Of a DNA stretch of 64,000 bases, positions 1 to 11,058 are shown one piece after another. The notes under the pieces are model-generated. The model searched no databases, was not told the origin of the DNA, and was given only the letters and a program-made list of their open reading frames with translations. Made by a program: the position numbers and the translations under genes. Positions within the stretch are counted from its first letter, which is position 1, and each line of letters starts with the position of its first letter. This stretch comes from Candidatus Methanosuratincola verstraetei (lineage in GTDB: Archaea; Thermoproteota; Methanomethylicia; Methanomethylicales; Methanomethylicaceae). The stretch covers positions 1,024,001-1,088,000 of the forward strand of contig CP186953.1 of assembly GCA_049570475.1 (NCBI GenBank). Direction: 5' to 3'.

Positions 1-447
1 GAGCGCTCTCCACGCCTCATTAATGCTGTCCTTCCTGATCGAGTCGAGGGCATACCTCCTCAGCTCCCCTGCCGCATCAGCCACACCCGTAAGGTACGGC
101 TCGGGCGGGATGCGCAGTTCGGCCGGCTTCGGCACTTCCCGGTCCTTGACAAGGGCTAGGAGTATCATAGCCTCGGCGTACTCCTGGAATGCCTGGGGCA
201 GGGGGCCGGTGTAGTAGAACTCGTGGAAGTCCATGCACGCCTGGAGCGCCCCCTCAAGCGCCTCCCTGGCTGCCTTGAGGCTCTCCTCGGCTGCCTCGAA
301 CTCCCCCCTGTGGATAGATAGGACTGCACTCCCGGACCTCCTTATTATCTCCCTCGACTGAGTGATTATCTCCTCCCTCTTCGCGTCCTTTGCCTTCAGG
401 GAAAGGGCGATCTCCTCCATTATGCCCTCGAACTTCAACGGAGCCAC
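1..447 (-). CDS. Translin/Trax (C3PO) family protein, 3' end outside the window
   Basis: Not in the ORF track. My translation reads MEEIALSLKAKDAKREEII...QEYAEA...PYLTGVADAAGELRRYALD, with translin-type EYAEA and GxxDxxGELRR motifs. GTG at 447 or ATG at 420. Confidence 0.85.
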   Translation of the reverse strand, partial: MAPLKFEGIMEEIALSLKAKDAKREEIITQSREIIRRSGSAVLSIHRGEFEAAEESLKAAREALEGALQACMDFHEFYYTGPLPQAFQEYAEAMILLALVKDREVPKPAELRIPPEPYLTGVADAAGELRRYALDSIRKDSINEAWRAL

Positions 448-452
448 CTTGT

Positions 453-1427
453 TTAGATGGGTGTGGAGACCTTTTTAGGTTTGCCTATCCTGCTTAGCAG
501 CGCAACCCTGCTGATGGGGACCTCGCCAGCCAGCTCATACCCAGTCCTTTCCGCAAGGTCCCTTGCGAACTGGACGATCTCTGCGTGGCTGGGCATGCTA
601 TCGTAGCCGAGCCTTGTAACTGAAAAACCGACATGCATGTAAGCCTTTACCTCGACGTATGTGGGCGAAGCGCCTGATATCAGCTTCGAGTACCCGTCTG
701 GGTCGATCATGTTCAAGCCCTTGACTGCGGTCATCCTTATTACGGTAGGGCACGAAAAGGACCTGAGCAGCGAGAGGGACTCCATCAGCCTCAACCAGCT
801 TGCGCCAGAAGCCGGCCTGCAGACCGAACGATAAATTTCCTCAGAGGGCGCGCTCAGCGAGACGTAAAGCTGTGTAGGCTCGGGGATCTCCCCCAGCCTC
901 TTCGGGTTTGTGCCGTTGGTGACAAGAAAAGTGGTCATTCCCTTCCTTTTGAATTCTTGGATGAGCCCATCGAGCATCGAGTACTCGGTCGGCTCCCCGC
1001 TCAGGCTTATTGCAGCATGCTTGGGATCCATCGCCTCCCTGAATCGGTCGGGATCCGTCTTTGGATTCCCCTTGTAGCCGCTTAGCGCCCGCCTCTGCGC
1101 CGCAATCGCCCCATCGACGATCGCCTCAGGGGGGTCCTCTGCGCCATCGTCAACTGAAGGGTATCCATGCTCATGCGGCAGGACCCTCCAGCAGTACAGG
1201 CACATGTTAGAGCACCTGCTCACCGCAGGAGTCATCTGGAGGCACCTGTGGCTCTCTATGCCGTAGAACTTGCCCTTGTAGCAGAACTCTCCGCCGGTAA
1301 TGGCCTCCCTGGTCCAGTGGCAGGTCTTCACAGCCGAGTGCCTGCCCACTATGTGGTAGCCCTGCGACCTGAGGACCTTGTACTGCTCTTCCAAGGCGCC
1401 CGCCGCTCGTTTGAAACCTTCGCTCAT
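453..1427 (-). CDS. taw1: 4-demethylwyosine synthase (radical SAM, TYW1/Taw1)
   Basis: HSAVKTCHW, CYKxKFYGIxSHRC, CxxxCxxC and SLSGEPT motifs. Confidence 0.95.
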   Translation of the reverse strand: MSEGFKRAAGALEEQYKVLRSQGYHIVGRHSAVKTCHWTREAITGGEFCYKGKFYGIESHRCLQMTPAVSRCSNMCLYCWRVLPHEHGYPSVDDGAEDPPEAIVDGAIAAQRRALSGYKGNPKTDPDRFREAMDPKHAAISLSGEPTEYSMLDGLIQEFKRKGMTTFLVTNGTNPKRLGEIPEPTQLYVSLSAPSEEIYRSVCRPASGASWLRLMESLSLLRSFSCPTVIRMTAVKGLNMIDPDGYSKLISGASPTYVEVKAYMHVGFSVTRLGYDSMPSHAEIVQFARDLAERTGYELAGEVPISRVALLSRIGKPKKVSTPI

Positions 1428-2038
1428 TTCGCGGGTAGCGTCTCCTCTATTGCGCCTTGCTTTGATATGACCAGCACGTCCACGCCATCGCCCGAGGCAA
1501 CATCCCTGGATATCGCCGCCCTCACAGCCCTGATCGCCAGATCCTTCCCGGCCTCAACCCCCATCTCCGGGGAGTAGGCAGACTCGACTATCCCGATCGC
1601 GATCGCTCCGCCGGTCCCGAGTGCAGCGTACCTGTCTTCGATCATCGATCCCAGCGGATCGAGCACGAAGAGCTTGGCGCCATCCTCGTCCATGCCGCCG
1701 ACCATCGTCTCGGTGTACACCGGGTAGGCCCTCTGAGCATAGAGCAGGTTGGCGAGTATCTTTGCCATCGCCCTGACGCTCATTGGCTTTCGGGTCTCAA
1801 GCTCGTAAAGGTTTGTCTCAGCAGAGATCCTCCTCAGCACAGCCTGAGAGTCAGAGATGAGGCCTGCAAATGCCACGCCGAGCCTGTTGTTTATCGCGAA
1901 GACTTTCTTGCCAGCCTTCGTCATTATCGAGAATCCGTAGGTGACCCTCTTCTCAGATGCCAGCACCACACCGTCCTTGCAGGCAATCCCAACCGTCGTG
2001 GCACCGGTGACCGGGTATCCGAACTGCGCCTCAGGCAA
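1424..2038 (-). CDS. psmB: Proteasome beta subunit, paralog with GATT in place of GTTT
   Basis: TTVGIACKDGVVLASEKR and RDVASGDG; Ntn-hydrolase pattern. Confidence 0.93.
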   Translation of the reverse strand: MPEAQFGYPVTGATTVGIACKDGVVLASEKRVTYGFSIMTKAGKKVFAINNRLGVAFAGLISDSQAVLRRISAETNLYELETRKPMSVRAMAKILANLLYAQRAYPVYTETMVGGMDEDGAKLFVLDPLGSMIEDRYAALGTGGAIAIGIVESAYSPEMGVEAGKDLAIRAVRAAISRDVASGDGVDVLVISKQGAIEETLPAK

Positions 2039-2106
2039 CTTTTAAAACCTCCACTTGCACTCTCTCGTTGAGAAGCGAATTAAATAAGCTTTTACCTGTG
2101 TTACAA

Positions 2107-2361
2107 ATGACTACGATAAGGGAGATGCTGAACAAGATAAAGTGGTCCGGCGAGGGCGGGCTGGGCGGGTACGGTATAGTGATCATCCACCGCGGCGCCC
2201 CAGGGAACCGGAGGGTAATAAGGGGCGAGGACGTCAAAGACATCGCCCCGAGGGCGCTGATATGCAGCGAGGGGGGAGAGGAGGTGGTGATCCCCTACCA
2301 CCGAGTCGTGGCATTAATCAGGGACGGGAGAGTAATATGGGATAGGAGGATCAAAGAATGA
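2107..2361 (+). CDS. DUF504/MJ1316-family small protein
   Basis: IREMLNKIKW, HRGAPG and IPYHRV signature; start moved to ATG 2107. Confidence 0.85.
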   Translation: MTTIREMLNKIKWSGEGGLGGYGIVIIHRGAPGNRRVIRGEDVKDIAPRALICSEGGEEVVIPYHRVVALIRDGRVIWDRRIKE

Positions 2362-3389
2362 AGCAGCCTTTCGAGACGATGCCGACGGTGCTCACAGCCG
2401 ACGAGATAGTGGGCAAGATGCTGCGCGAATCTGACAAGGTCGAGGTCGAGCTCCCGCAGCGGCTCCCTGCCATAATGAAGGCGAAGCGGAGGGAGTCCTC
2501 CAGGGTCAGGGCATGTGAGCGCGTCTCAGCAGGATATCTGGAATCGCTGGTCCGTTCGGTCCCAACGATCGAGCGCCTCCACCCGTTCTACAGGGAGATC
2601 CTCGAGCTCCAGTGCGGCGTAGCAAACGTGAGGTCTGCGCTCGGGAGGATCAGCCGCGCAGCCAGGGTGATCCACGAGGTCGCCAAAGATGCCTCCAGGA
2701 GGATAAGGTCCGCGAGCACCCCGCAGGAAGCTGGCAAGGCGAGGCGGGCATTCCTTGGGAGGGCAGCCTCCATAATCAGGGACGCGAGGGGGGATCTCGA
2801 GCTGATAGCCGCAATGAGGGAGAAGATGAAAGACCTCCCTGCTGCAGACCCGTCCGTCCCCACTGTGGTCCTCGCGGGTTACCCTGGCGTGGGCAAGTCA
2901 ACGATCCTCCGATCGATCTCGAGGGCAAAGCCCGAGGTGAGGCCCTACCCGTTCACGACCAAAGAGCTGATGATAGGGCACGTCCTTATCGGGAGGCGCC
3001 TCATACAGGTTGTCGACACCCCTGGGATCTTGGACCGCCCCATGGATGAGATGAACCAAACCGAGCGCCTTTCGATAACCGCCCTCGGCAGGCTTGCCAA
3101 CCTGATAGCCTTCATCGTAGACGCCTCGGAGGCGAACGGCTTCTCGCTCGAGAGCCAGCAATCGCTCAGGAGCGGGATATCTGGAGCCTTCCCAGAGCTG
3201 AAGATCCTGACATTCCTAAACAAGGCTGACGCCGCGAGCAAGGAGCAGCTGGATCGGGCGACCGCCATATTCGGGAAATCCGATCTCATGGCTGCCGCGA
3301 AGGGCGAGGGCTTGGAGGCATTCAAAAAGAGGGTTCTCGACGCCCTTGGTCCACTCGAGGGTCCCGAGTGGAGGGGCGAAGGCATTTGA
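2358..3389 (+). CDS. NOG1-family GTP-binding protein
   Basis: LHPFY, GYPGVGKS, YPFTTK, DTPGILDRP and NKAD motifs. Confidence 0.93.
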   Translation: MKQPFETMPTVLTADEIVGKMLRESDKVEVELPQRLPAIMKAKRRESSRVRACERVSAGYLESLVRSVPTIERLHPFYREILELQCGVANVRSALGRISRAARVIHEVAKDASRRIRSASTPQEAGKARRAFLGRAASIIRDARGDLELIAAMREKMKDLPAADPSVPTVVLAGYPGVGKSTILRSISRAKPEVRPYPFTTKELMIGHVLIGRRLIQVVDTPGILDRPMDEMNQTERLSITALGRLANLIAFIVDASEANGFSLESQQSLRSGISGAFPELKILTFLNKADAASKEQLDRATAIFGKSDLMAAAKGEGLEAFKKRVLDALGPLEGPEWRGEGI

Positions 3390-3462
3390 TCGATTCATGA
3401 ATGCACCGATGGAAAGCGGATCTGCCACCCGGGTGGTTAGGAAGGGCTCCCGTCTGTCAGGG

Positions 3463-4527
3463 TCATTTTCTTGAGGGTGCCTTCCCCTCAACCTCTATAA
3501 CAGCCCCGCCTCCCTTGAGCCTCTCGATCTCGAAACGGGTGCCAAGGAACTTTGAGCAAAGCCAAATCATTGTTTCCGAGTGGGGGGTGATCTTAGAGAC
3601 CCCGATCTTCGACACGCCGCCCGCAAGCGCCACCAGGGGAATCAGCATATCGCCCAGGTGCGAGTCCAGAGCCATCCCGCTCTGGAGCTCTTCCAAGAGC
3701 TTTCCCGCTGCGATCTCTCCCACCTCTTCGGCCCTCCTCTCCTTCGATCCGAGCGCGTCTGCCCCGATCCTGAATTCAGTGCTCGTCTCAGCCCAAACCG
3801 CAATCCCGCTACCCGGTCCCCCAAGGGGGTTAGTTCCAGTCTCGATGACTATCCTTATGTTCTCGTAGCCAGCCCTCCTTAGAGCACGCTCCGCTGAGGA
3901 GGCCTGCCTTGAGGCGACGTGGGACGGGAGGTTCGTGCAGTGCGAGATGCCCCTGACGGTCTCGACTCTGCCTCTCTCCACTGCCTTAACTGGATTCAGC
4001 CCCTTTGAAGGTGCCACTGAAAGCCGCACCTCGCCCGCCCCCCTCGGGAAATGCCCCCTCCTAACCAGCTCCACAGATGCCTCGATGCCAATAATCTTAA
4101 ACGCGGGTATGGCTACATTCCTGAAGTAATCCACTGGAGGGCTCCAGGGCACGTCCGTGCCGCCGACTATCTTCACCTCGGATGCGCCCTCAGCGAAAGC
4201 AAGTATCGGTACCAGTTCTTGGGCTACCAGCATGGCGCTCCCTGCGGTCCCGATCTCAAACGTGTAGGTGCCGCCAGCCACGGCGCCTGGGGAGAACCTG
4301 ATCTCGCAACTGCCAAGCTCAGCGCCATCGAGGGTGCCCCCGGATACTTCGGCGGCCGCCTTCAGCCCCACGATGTGCTGGGGCTGCAGCCCTGGTTTTG
4401 GGCGCCTTGCCCTTATGTTGTAGACCCTAACGGGAGTCCTGGTCACACAGGAGAGGAATACCGCGCCCCTGAGGATCTGACCTCCCCCTTCCCCGTAGGA
4501 TCCGTCCACCTCAATCATCTTGACCAC
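3463..4527 (-). CDS. rtcA: RNA 3'-terminal phosphate cyclase
   Basis: DGSYGEGGGQILR, PGLQPQH, GGTDVPWSP and DSHLGDML. Confidence 0.96.
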   Translation of the reverse strand: MVKMIEVDGSYGEGGGQILRGAVFLSCVTRTPVRVYNIRARRPKPGLQPQHIVGLKAAAEVSGGTLDGAELGSCEIRFSPGAVAGGTYTFEIGTAGSAMLVAQELVPILAFAEGASEVKIVGGTDVPWSPPVDYFRNVAIPAFKIIGIEASVELVRRGHFPRGAGEVRLSVAPSKGLNPVKAVERGRVETVRGISHCTNLPSHVASRQASSAERALRRAGYENIRIVIETGTNPLGGPGSGIAVWAETSTEFRIGADALGSKERRAEEVGEIAAGKLLEELQSGMALDSHLGDMLIPLVALAGGVSKIGVSKITPHSETMIWLCSKFLGTRFEIERLKGGGAVIEVEGKAPSRK

Positions 4528-4540
4528 CTGATCTCATCTT

Positions 4541-5663
<1,123 letters not shown>

Positions 5664-5763
5664 TCAATCACCCGCAGGGCAAATAAAAGAGTTCTCACGC
5701 CTGGCTCGCCAAGGGGATGTTTTTATGTGAATGGCGGGCATATGCCGTTTGGGATGCAGCCGA

Positions 5764-6528
5764 TCACCACTTGAGTCTGACCAGGCTCCCGACCTTTGCA
5801 CCTGTTAGTGATCGTGCGCTCCCCCTGTCGACGGCGATCTCATAGAATCCGGAGCTACCCACCAGCACCCCCAGGCCGTCTTTCAGGTCTGAGAACGTCC
5901 TGGCTTTTGTGGCAGCAAATGTTTTGCCCTCAACAACCAGATCCACATTGCCTTCGAGCTCCACATCACTCCCGCGAAGGCTGATGGTAAGGTTCCCGAA
6001 CCTGTCCGCGTATATGACCTCGCAGTCTGCGCTCCTTTCCCCAAGTCTCTTCCAGAATTCCAGCCTCTCCCAGCGCTCGACCCCCCTCCCTGAATCGCTT
6101 ATCGGGCTTCCTGAGGCGATCATAGCCGCAGCCGGCGCGAAAATGTCCCTCCCTTGGAATGTGCTGGACACCTCCTTGAGCATGAACCTTGGGCTGCTGA
6201 TCTCGAACGCTTCCTCCACGCCATCCTCCTCTGACGCCGGGGAAAGCACGCCGTTGTCTGGGCCGACGAAGATGTATCTCCTTGTCTTCAGCGCAAGGGC
6301 CTTCCTGCCGGTTCCGACCCCTGGATCCACAACTACGACGTGGATCGTCCCCTCTGGAAAGTACTTGTAGGAGGAAAGCAGCACAAAGGCTGCAGACTTG
6401 ACGTCCCATGCCTCCACTTCATGCGTGAGGTCCACAACATCAGCCTGCGGGGCAATCCGCTTAATTACCCCCTTCATGATCCCGGCGTAGTGCCCCCCGA
6501 AGTCCGTGGTGAGCGTCACAATGGTCAT
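5764..6528 (-). CDS. SAM hydroxide adenosyltransferase (DUF62 family)
   Basis: LTTDFG, VVDPGVG, GPDNG, STFQGRDIF and DRFGN. Confidence 0.93.
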   Translation of the reverse strand: MTIVTLTTDFGGHYAGIMKGVIKRIAPQADVVDLTHEVEAWDVKSAAFVLLSSYKYFPEGTIHVVVVDPGVGTGRKALALKTRRYIFVGPDNGVLSPASEEDGVEEAFEISSPRFMLKEVSSTFQGRDIFAPAAAMIASGSPISDSGRGVERWERLEFWKRLGERSADCEVIYADRFGNLTISLRGSDVELEGNVDLVVEGKTFAATKARTFSDLKDGLGVLVGSSGFYEIAVDRGSARSLTGAKVGSLVRLKW

Positions 6529-6594
6529 CTTTCGTGCTGCCCCTTTCGAAACCTATATTAAAAGATCCTATGATATTACGTTGAGGTTTGGCTT

Positions 6595-7746
6595 ATGAGC
6601 TTACCCCAACTTATCATGCTGCCGGGTCCGACCAATGTCCCGGCACGCGTTTATTCGGCTATGTGCAAGCCGATGATAAACCACAGGGGGGCAGAGTTCC
6701 ACCAGCTCCACTCGAGGATCCTCGAGAATGCAAAAAAAGTCTTCCAGACGGAGAACGACCTCTTCGTCCTGACTTCGTCCGGTACAGGCGGTGTTGAGTG
6801 CGCGGCTAGCAACTTCCTGCTTCCCGGCGAGAAGATAGTGGTCCCGGTCGGAGGGACGTTCGGAGAGAGGCTTGCGGATGCATTCCGCACGTACGGTGCG
6901 AATGTCGTCCCAATTGAGGTCAAAATGGGATCCACGCCGACCGCGGACCAAGTGCGCGAAGCCCTTGCGAGGGAAAGGGATGCCAAGGCAGTCGCGGTGG
7001 TATACAACGAGACCTCAACCGGCACGACCGTGAGGGAGCTGCAGAAGATAGGCGAGGTAGCCAAATCCTCCGGGGCTCTCTTCATTGTTGACGCGATCTC
7101 AGTACTGGGCGGCGACGACCTCCCTGTGGACAAGTGGGGGATTGACGTCTGCATAACTGCCTCCCAGAAATGCCTCGCGACCCCGCCAGGTCTTGCACTG
7201 ATCTCCGTCAGCAAGGAGGCATGGAGGCTCGCAGAAAGGGCAAAGCCGAGGAGCGAGTACTTCAGCCTCATAAAGTGCAGGAAGTTCAGGGATGAGAAGA
7301 TGGAAACCCCATTCACACCTGCCGTAAGCCTCTTCTTTGCCCTAGACGAGGCACTGCAGATTATACTCGAGACCGGTCTTGAGAAGTGGATAGGCAGGCA
7401 CAAGAAGGCGTCCGCAGCATATTACGCTGCATTCAGCAAGATGGGTCTCGGCTTCTTCGCCGAGGAGAGGAGCAGATCCACTGTTGTGATAGCCATAAAC
7501 ATGCCCCAGGGGATCTCCGCAAAAGAGCTGAGGGAAAGGCTGAGGACCAAGTATGGGGTGGTTGTCGCAGGGGGTTTCGGGTCCCTCAAGGATGCGATCT
7601 TCAGGATAGGCAACATGGGGATAGTCACCCCGAGGGAGGTCCTGACCACGATCTCATCCGTCGGCGCAGCCCTAGGGGAACTCGGGTTCAGGGGGCAAAT
7701 AGGAACCGGGATCGAGGCAGCCCTCCCTATGGCCTCCGAGATCTGA
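6595..7746 (+). CDS. Class V PLP aminotransferase (serine-pyruvate/alanine-glyoxylate type)
   Basis: PGPT, NETSTG, VDAIS, SQKCL (PLP Lys) and FRIGNMG. Confidence 0.92.
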   Translation: MSLPQLIMLPGPTNVPARVYSAMCKPMINHRGAEFHQLHSRILENAKKVFQTENDLFVLTSSGTGGVECAASNFLLPGEKIVVPVGGTFGERLADAFRTYGANVVPIEVKMGSTPTADQVREALARERDAKAVAVVYNETSTGTTVRELQKIGEVAKSSGALFIVDAISVLGGDDLPVDKWGIDVCITASQKCLATPPGLALISVSKEAWRLAERAKPRSEYFSLIKCRKFRDEKMETPFTPAVSLFFALDEALQIILETGLEKWIGRHKKASAAYYAAFSKMGLGFFAEERSRSTVVIAINMPQGISAKELRERLRTKYGVVVAGGFGSLKDAIFRIGNMGIVTPREVLTTISSVGAALGELGFRGQIGTGIEAALPMASEI

Positions 7747-8863
7747 GCTTCAGATCCGAGTACTTGAACGCTATTGCGCATGTCCCCTCGATGCTGACCA
7801 TGCATGGTCCCACAGGCTGCTCTGGGTTGCAGTCCCTGCCGAAGAGCGGGCACTCCTCGGGCCTCAAGGTCCCGAGAAGTACCTCCCCGCAGCTGCACCC
7901 CTCAGGCATCCTTTCCCCCCCAGACGCTGCGATCCCGTACTTCGCTGCAGTGTCATACTTGATGTAATCCTCGCGTAGCCCGAGCCCTGAACCGGGAATC
8001 ATCCCGATGCCCCTCCAATATGCGTCTGTGACCTTGAATGCTTTTTCCATTGCGCGGAGCGCGACCTTGTTCCCGGGCCCCCTCACTGCCCTGGCATACT
8101 CGTTGTAGACCTCTGCAACGCCCCTCTTCCTCTGGAGTGCGATGTTGAGTATGGCCAGCATTATGTCGAGCGGCTCGAAGCCGGCGACTGCCATCGGCTT
8201 GGCGTATCTCGCAGCGAGATCCCTGTAGGCGTCAGCCCCGATTATTGTTGAGACGTGCCCTGGGCATATGAAGCCGTCTATGCCCGCTCCCGACTCCAGC
8301 AGGTACTCCATTGCGGGCGGTATCAGCTTGTGGGATGCGAAGACGCTGAAATTCCCTGGGGGTCCCTTGATCACTTCGATGGCGGTCGTGGGCGCAGTCG
8401 TCTCGAAGCCAATCGCAAAATGTACAAAGTCCCGTGCCGTCTCTTGCCGGGCCATCCTGATGGCATCTGAAATTCCGTAGACCACCCTGATGTCCGCGCC
8501 CGAAGCCTTCGCCTCTGCCAGCGACCACTTATAGCCAGGAACCCTGAGCACGTCGCCAAAGGTGGTCACTGCGACGCCCTGTTCGAGCGCGAGTCGACAG
8601 AGCGCGTCTATCTCCCCTCCGGGAGTCACGCAAACAGGGCAACCTGGGCCGGCCACGACCTGGACGCCCTCGGGCAGGAGATCCCTCAAGCCGTTGTGGG
8701 TTATTGCCCACTCATGGGTACCGCAGACATGCATTATCCTAAGGGGATCGCCCCCGGCAGCCTCTGCTATCCTCTCCGCAATTTTGATTACAAGATCCCT
8801 GTCCCTGTACTTGGAGAACAAGGATACCACCGCTTCATCCTTCAAGCTCGGCGCGGGCGACAT
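7727..8863 (-). CDS. hypD: Hydrogenase maturation protein HypD
   Basis: CGTHE, GPGCPVC, GFETT, PGHVS and GPCMVSxEGTC. Confidence 0.97.
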   Translation of the reverse strand: MSPAPSLKDEAVVSLFSKYRDRDLVIKIAERIAEAAGGDPLRIMHVCGTHEWAITHNGLRDLLPEGVQVVAGPGCPVCVTPGGEIDALCRLALEQGVAVTTFGDVLRVPGYKWSLAEAKASGADIRVVYGISDAIRMARQETARDFVHFAIGFETTAPTTAIEVIKGPPGNFSVFASHKLIPPAMEYLLESGAGIDGFICPGHVSTIIGADAYRDLAARYAKPMAVAGFEPLDIMLAILNIALQRKRGVAEVYNEYARAVRGPGNKVALRAMEKAFKVTDAYWRGIGMIPGSGLGLREDYIKYDTAAKYGIAASGGERMPEGCSCGEVLLGTLRPEECPLFGRDCNPEQPVGPCMVSIEGTCAIAFKYSDLKLRSRRP

Positions 8864-9068
8864 CCCTCCAAGCCTTCAGGATCTCTCTCGCCTCAGCCTC
8901 GTCCAGCTTTGTTATTGCATATCCCGTGTGGATCAGGACATAGTCCCCTATCTTGACGCCCTGGTCGGATACAAGCTCCAGCGATGCCTCCCTCCTGATC
9001 CCCCCGATGTCGACCTCGGCCTTTTCGCCCTCGATCTTTGTTACCCTCCCGGGGACCGCTAAGCACAC
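8835..9068 (-). CDS. hypC: Hydrogenase maturation chaperone HypC
   Basis: GTG at 9068 gives the canonical MCLAVPG N-terminus; VLIHTGYA. Confidence 0.95.
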   Translation of the reverse strand: MCLAVPGRVTKIEGEKAEVDIGGIRREASLELVSDQGVKIGDYVLIHTGYAITKLDEAEAREILKAWRDVARAELEG

Positions 9069-9180
9069 TTCCAAGCACCTGTCTTGATTGATCCATTGCC
9101 CCTTTAGATAAGCCTATCTGACTTGCCAGATCCGCACTAGAGATCATTTTTATCAGAGTGAAGACTGTGAATCAAGAGGA

Positions 9181-9864
9181 GTGGTGAGCTATTTGGTCAA
9201 ATTCTTGGCCCTCTCAGACATCCACGGAAAGCTTTCGAGCCTGCAGCTCATAGCGGAGAAGGTTCTGGCTGGGCAAAAGATCGACGCGATAACCGTCTCC
9301 GGCGACATATCCCACTACGGCGACAGGGCCGAGGTGAGGCGCATATTGGATGCCCTCGGAAGCCTTAGCCTGCCTGTCTTCTTCGTGCTTGGCAACTGCG
9401 ACCCCCGGGAGGCATCAGATCTTTCCACTGAGGTAGCCATCCAGCTTGAGACCAGGTGTGAGGTGTGCGGCGGGCTCCTCCTAACAGGTGCTGGCGGATC
9501 CACGCCCACCCCGTTCGGGACCACATTTGAAAGGGATGAGGAAGAAATCGTAAGCCGGATCAGGGCGAACCTCGGATCTTGCGGTGCCGAATCACCAGGC
9601 CTTTACCTCCTGGTGCACAACCCGCCTTACGGCACCTCTCTGGACAGGACCGCCTTCGGCCGGCACGTGGGGAGCAGGAGGCTGAGGGAGCTCATAGAGG
9701 CCATCTCGCCTGCTGCCGTCCAGTGCGGCCACATACACGAAGCGGCCGGCGTCGAGCGGATCGGGGGAACGGTGGTCTTCAACCCTGGCCCTGCGATGAA
9801 AGGGAACTATGCGCTGGTGGAGGTTGGAGCGGGTGGCGTCACCGTCTCGATCGGCAGAGCTTGA
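9181..9864 (+). CDS. Metallophosphoesterase (Icc-like)
   Basis: DIHG, GD, GNCD, HNPP and CGHIHE. Confidence 0.9.
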   Translation: MVSYLVKFLALSDIHGKLSSLQLIAEKVLAGQKIDAITVSGDISHYGDRAEVRRILDALGSLSLPVFFVLGNCDPREASDLSTEVAIQLETRCEVCGGLLLTGAGGSTPTPFGTTFERDEEEIVSRIRANLGSCGAESPGLYLLVHNPPYGTSLDRTAFGRHVGSRRLRELIEAISPAAVQCGHIHEAAGVERIGGTVVFNPGPAMKGNYALVEVGAGGVTVSIGRA

Positions 9865-9886
9865 GCGCGACATCTCGCTCTACAAG

Positions 9887-10459
9887 ATGGTTGCCGCCTC
9901 CCTGGAGGGCTTCTGCAGGGGGCACTTCAGTGAGATTGGGTGCCACGGATGGGAGCACGTCCAGAGGGTGCGCGTGCTCTGCAGGAGGATTGGCGTTGAG
10001 GAAGGGGCATTGCTCGAGATCTTAGATCTGGCGGCCCTGTTCCACGATTTGAAGAGGGGCGAGGACGACCATGCAAAAAGGAGCGCCGAGTTCGCCGAGC
10101 AGGTCCTAAGGTCTGAGGGATTCTCTGAAGGCTTCTTGAAAGCCGTGGGGGATGCCATAGCATCCCACAGCTACACATGCGGGCGTACCCCTCAGTCACT
10201 TGAGGCAAAGGTGCTGTCTGATGCCGACCGGCTGGACGCCATGGGGGCTATCGGGATCTACAGGACAGTCCAGTACAACCTTGAGAGGGGATATCCTGCT
10301 GCCCGGGTAGCCGAACACATATCTGAAAAGCTCCTTCGCCTCTCAGGGGGGATGCACACCGCGACTGGAAGGAAGATGGCAAAACAAAGGGAAGCGATCC
10401 TCAGGCTCTACATGGAGTCGCTTCTCTGCGAGCTTCGGGACTCGAGCAGCTCAACATAG
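9887..10459 (+). CDS. HD-domain phosphohydrolase
   Basis: HGWEHVQRV, FHD and DADRLDAMGAIG; start uncertain. Confidence 0.88.
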   Translation: MVAASLEGFCRGHFSEIGCHGWEHVQRVRVLCRRIGVEEGALLEILDLAALFHDLKRGEDDHAKRSAEFAEQVLRSEGFSEGFLKAVGDAIASHSYTCGRTPQSLEAKVLSDADRLDAMGAIGIYRTVQYNLERGYPAARVAEHISEKLLRLSGGMHTATGRKMAKQREAILRLYMESLLCELRDSSSST

Positions 10460-10959
10460 GACTTTGTCGTGAGGCGATCCTTGTCCACCCCGATCAGGTT
10501 GGCCACCCTCTCGACCAGAGCCGATCTCTCCATCTCGTTTCCGATCCTAGGGGCTTCGATCTCGACGAAATTACCAAGACCCTCGACCTTGTCGATCGCA
10601 ACATTAGCGCCAAGCAGCCTGTACTCCCTCCTGACCTTGCAGACCTTGGCGCCTGGCTTGAACCCGAGCCTCTTGAAGACTTCCAGCGCCTTTTCCCAGT
10701 CCCCGACTGAGAATTCCAACTCCTCCCTGGACTTGAGGCTGCCCTTCATCCTTGCCCCCTTGAAAGTGACCACGCAAGCCCCTCCCTCAAGCCTCAGCCT
10801 GAGAGCCTCGTCCGCCGCCATCATGTCCCTGCAAGGATGCGAAAGATAGATGTCTACCTGTTTCTTTTCGCCGATTAGATAGCCGCCGCTTTGCCTGACC
10901 CTGCTTTCAACAATACTGGCATCATCCACTTGCGCCTTGGCTTCGATCTCGTAGCTCAA
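10408..10959 (-). CDS. cyaB: CYTH-domain protein (class IV adenylate cyclase-like triphosphate tunnel enzyme)
   Basis: EIEAK, ALRLR, TFKG, DKVEGLGNFVEIE and SYVEL. Confidence 0.9.
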   Translation of the reverse strand: MSYEIEAKAQVDDASIVESRVRQSGGYLIGEKKQVDIYLSHPCRDMMAADEALRLRLEGGACVVTFKGARMKGSLKSREELEFSVGDWEKALEVFKRLGFKPGAKVCKVRREYRLLGANVAIDKVEGLGNFVEIEAPRIGNEMERSALVERVANLIGVDKDRLTTKSYVELLESRSSQRSDSM

Positions 10960-11058
10960 TCAGAAACCCCCGTGACCAAATATGCGCCATTGGGTAAATG
11001 CCTTTCCACTGATGCAGGCAAAAGATTTTAAAGAGGATCATGTTTAGCCGTTTGTGGT

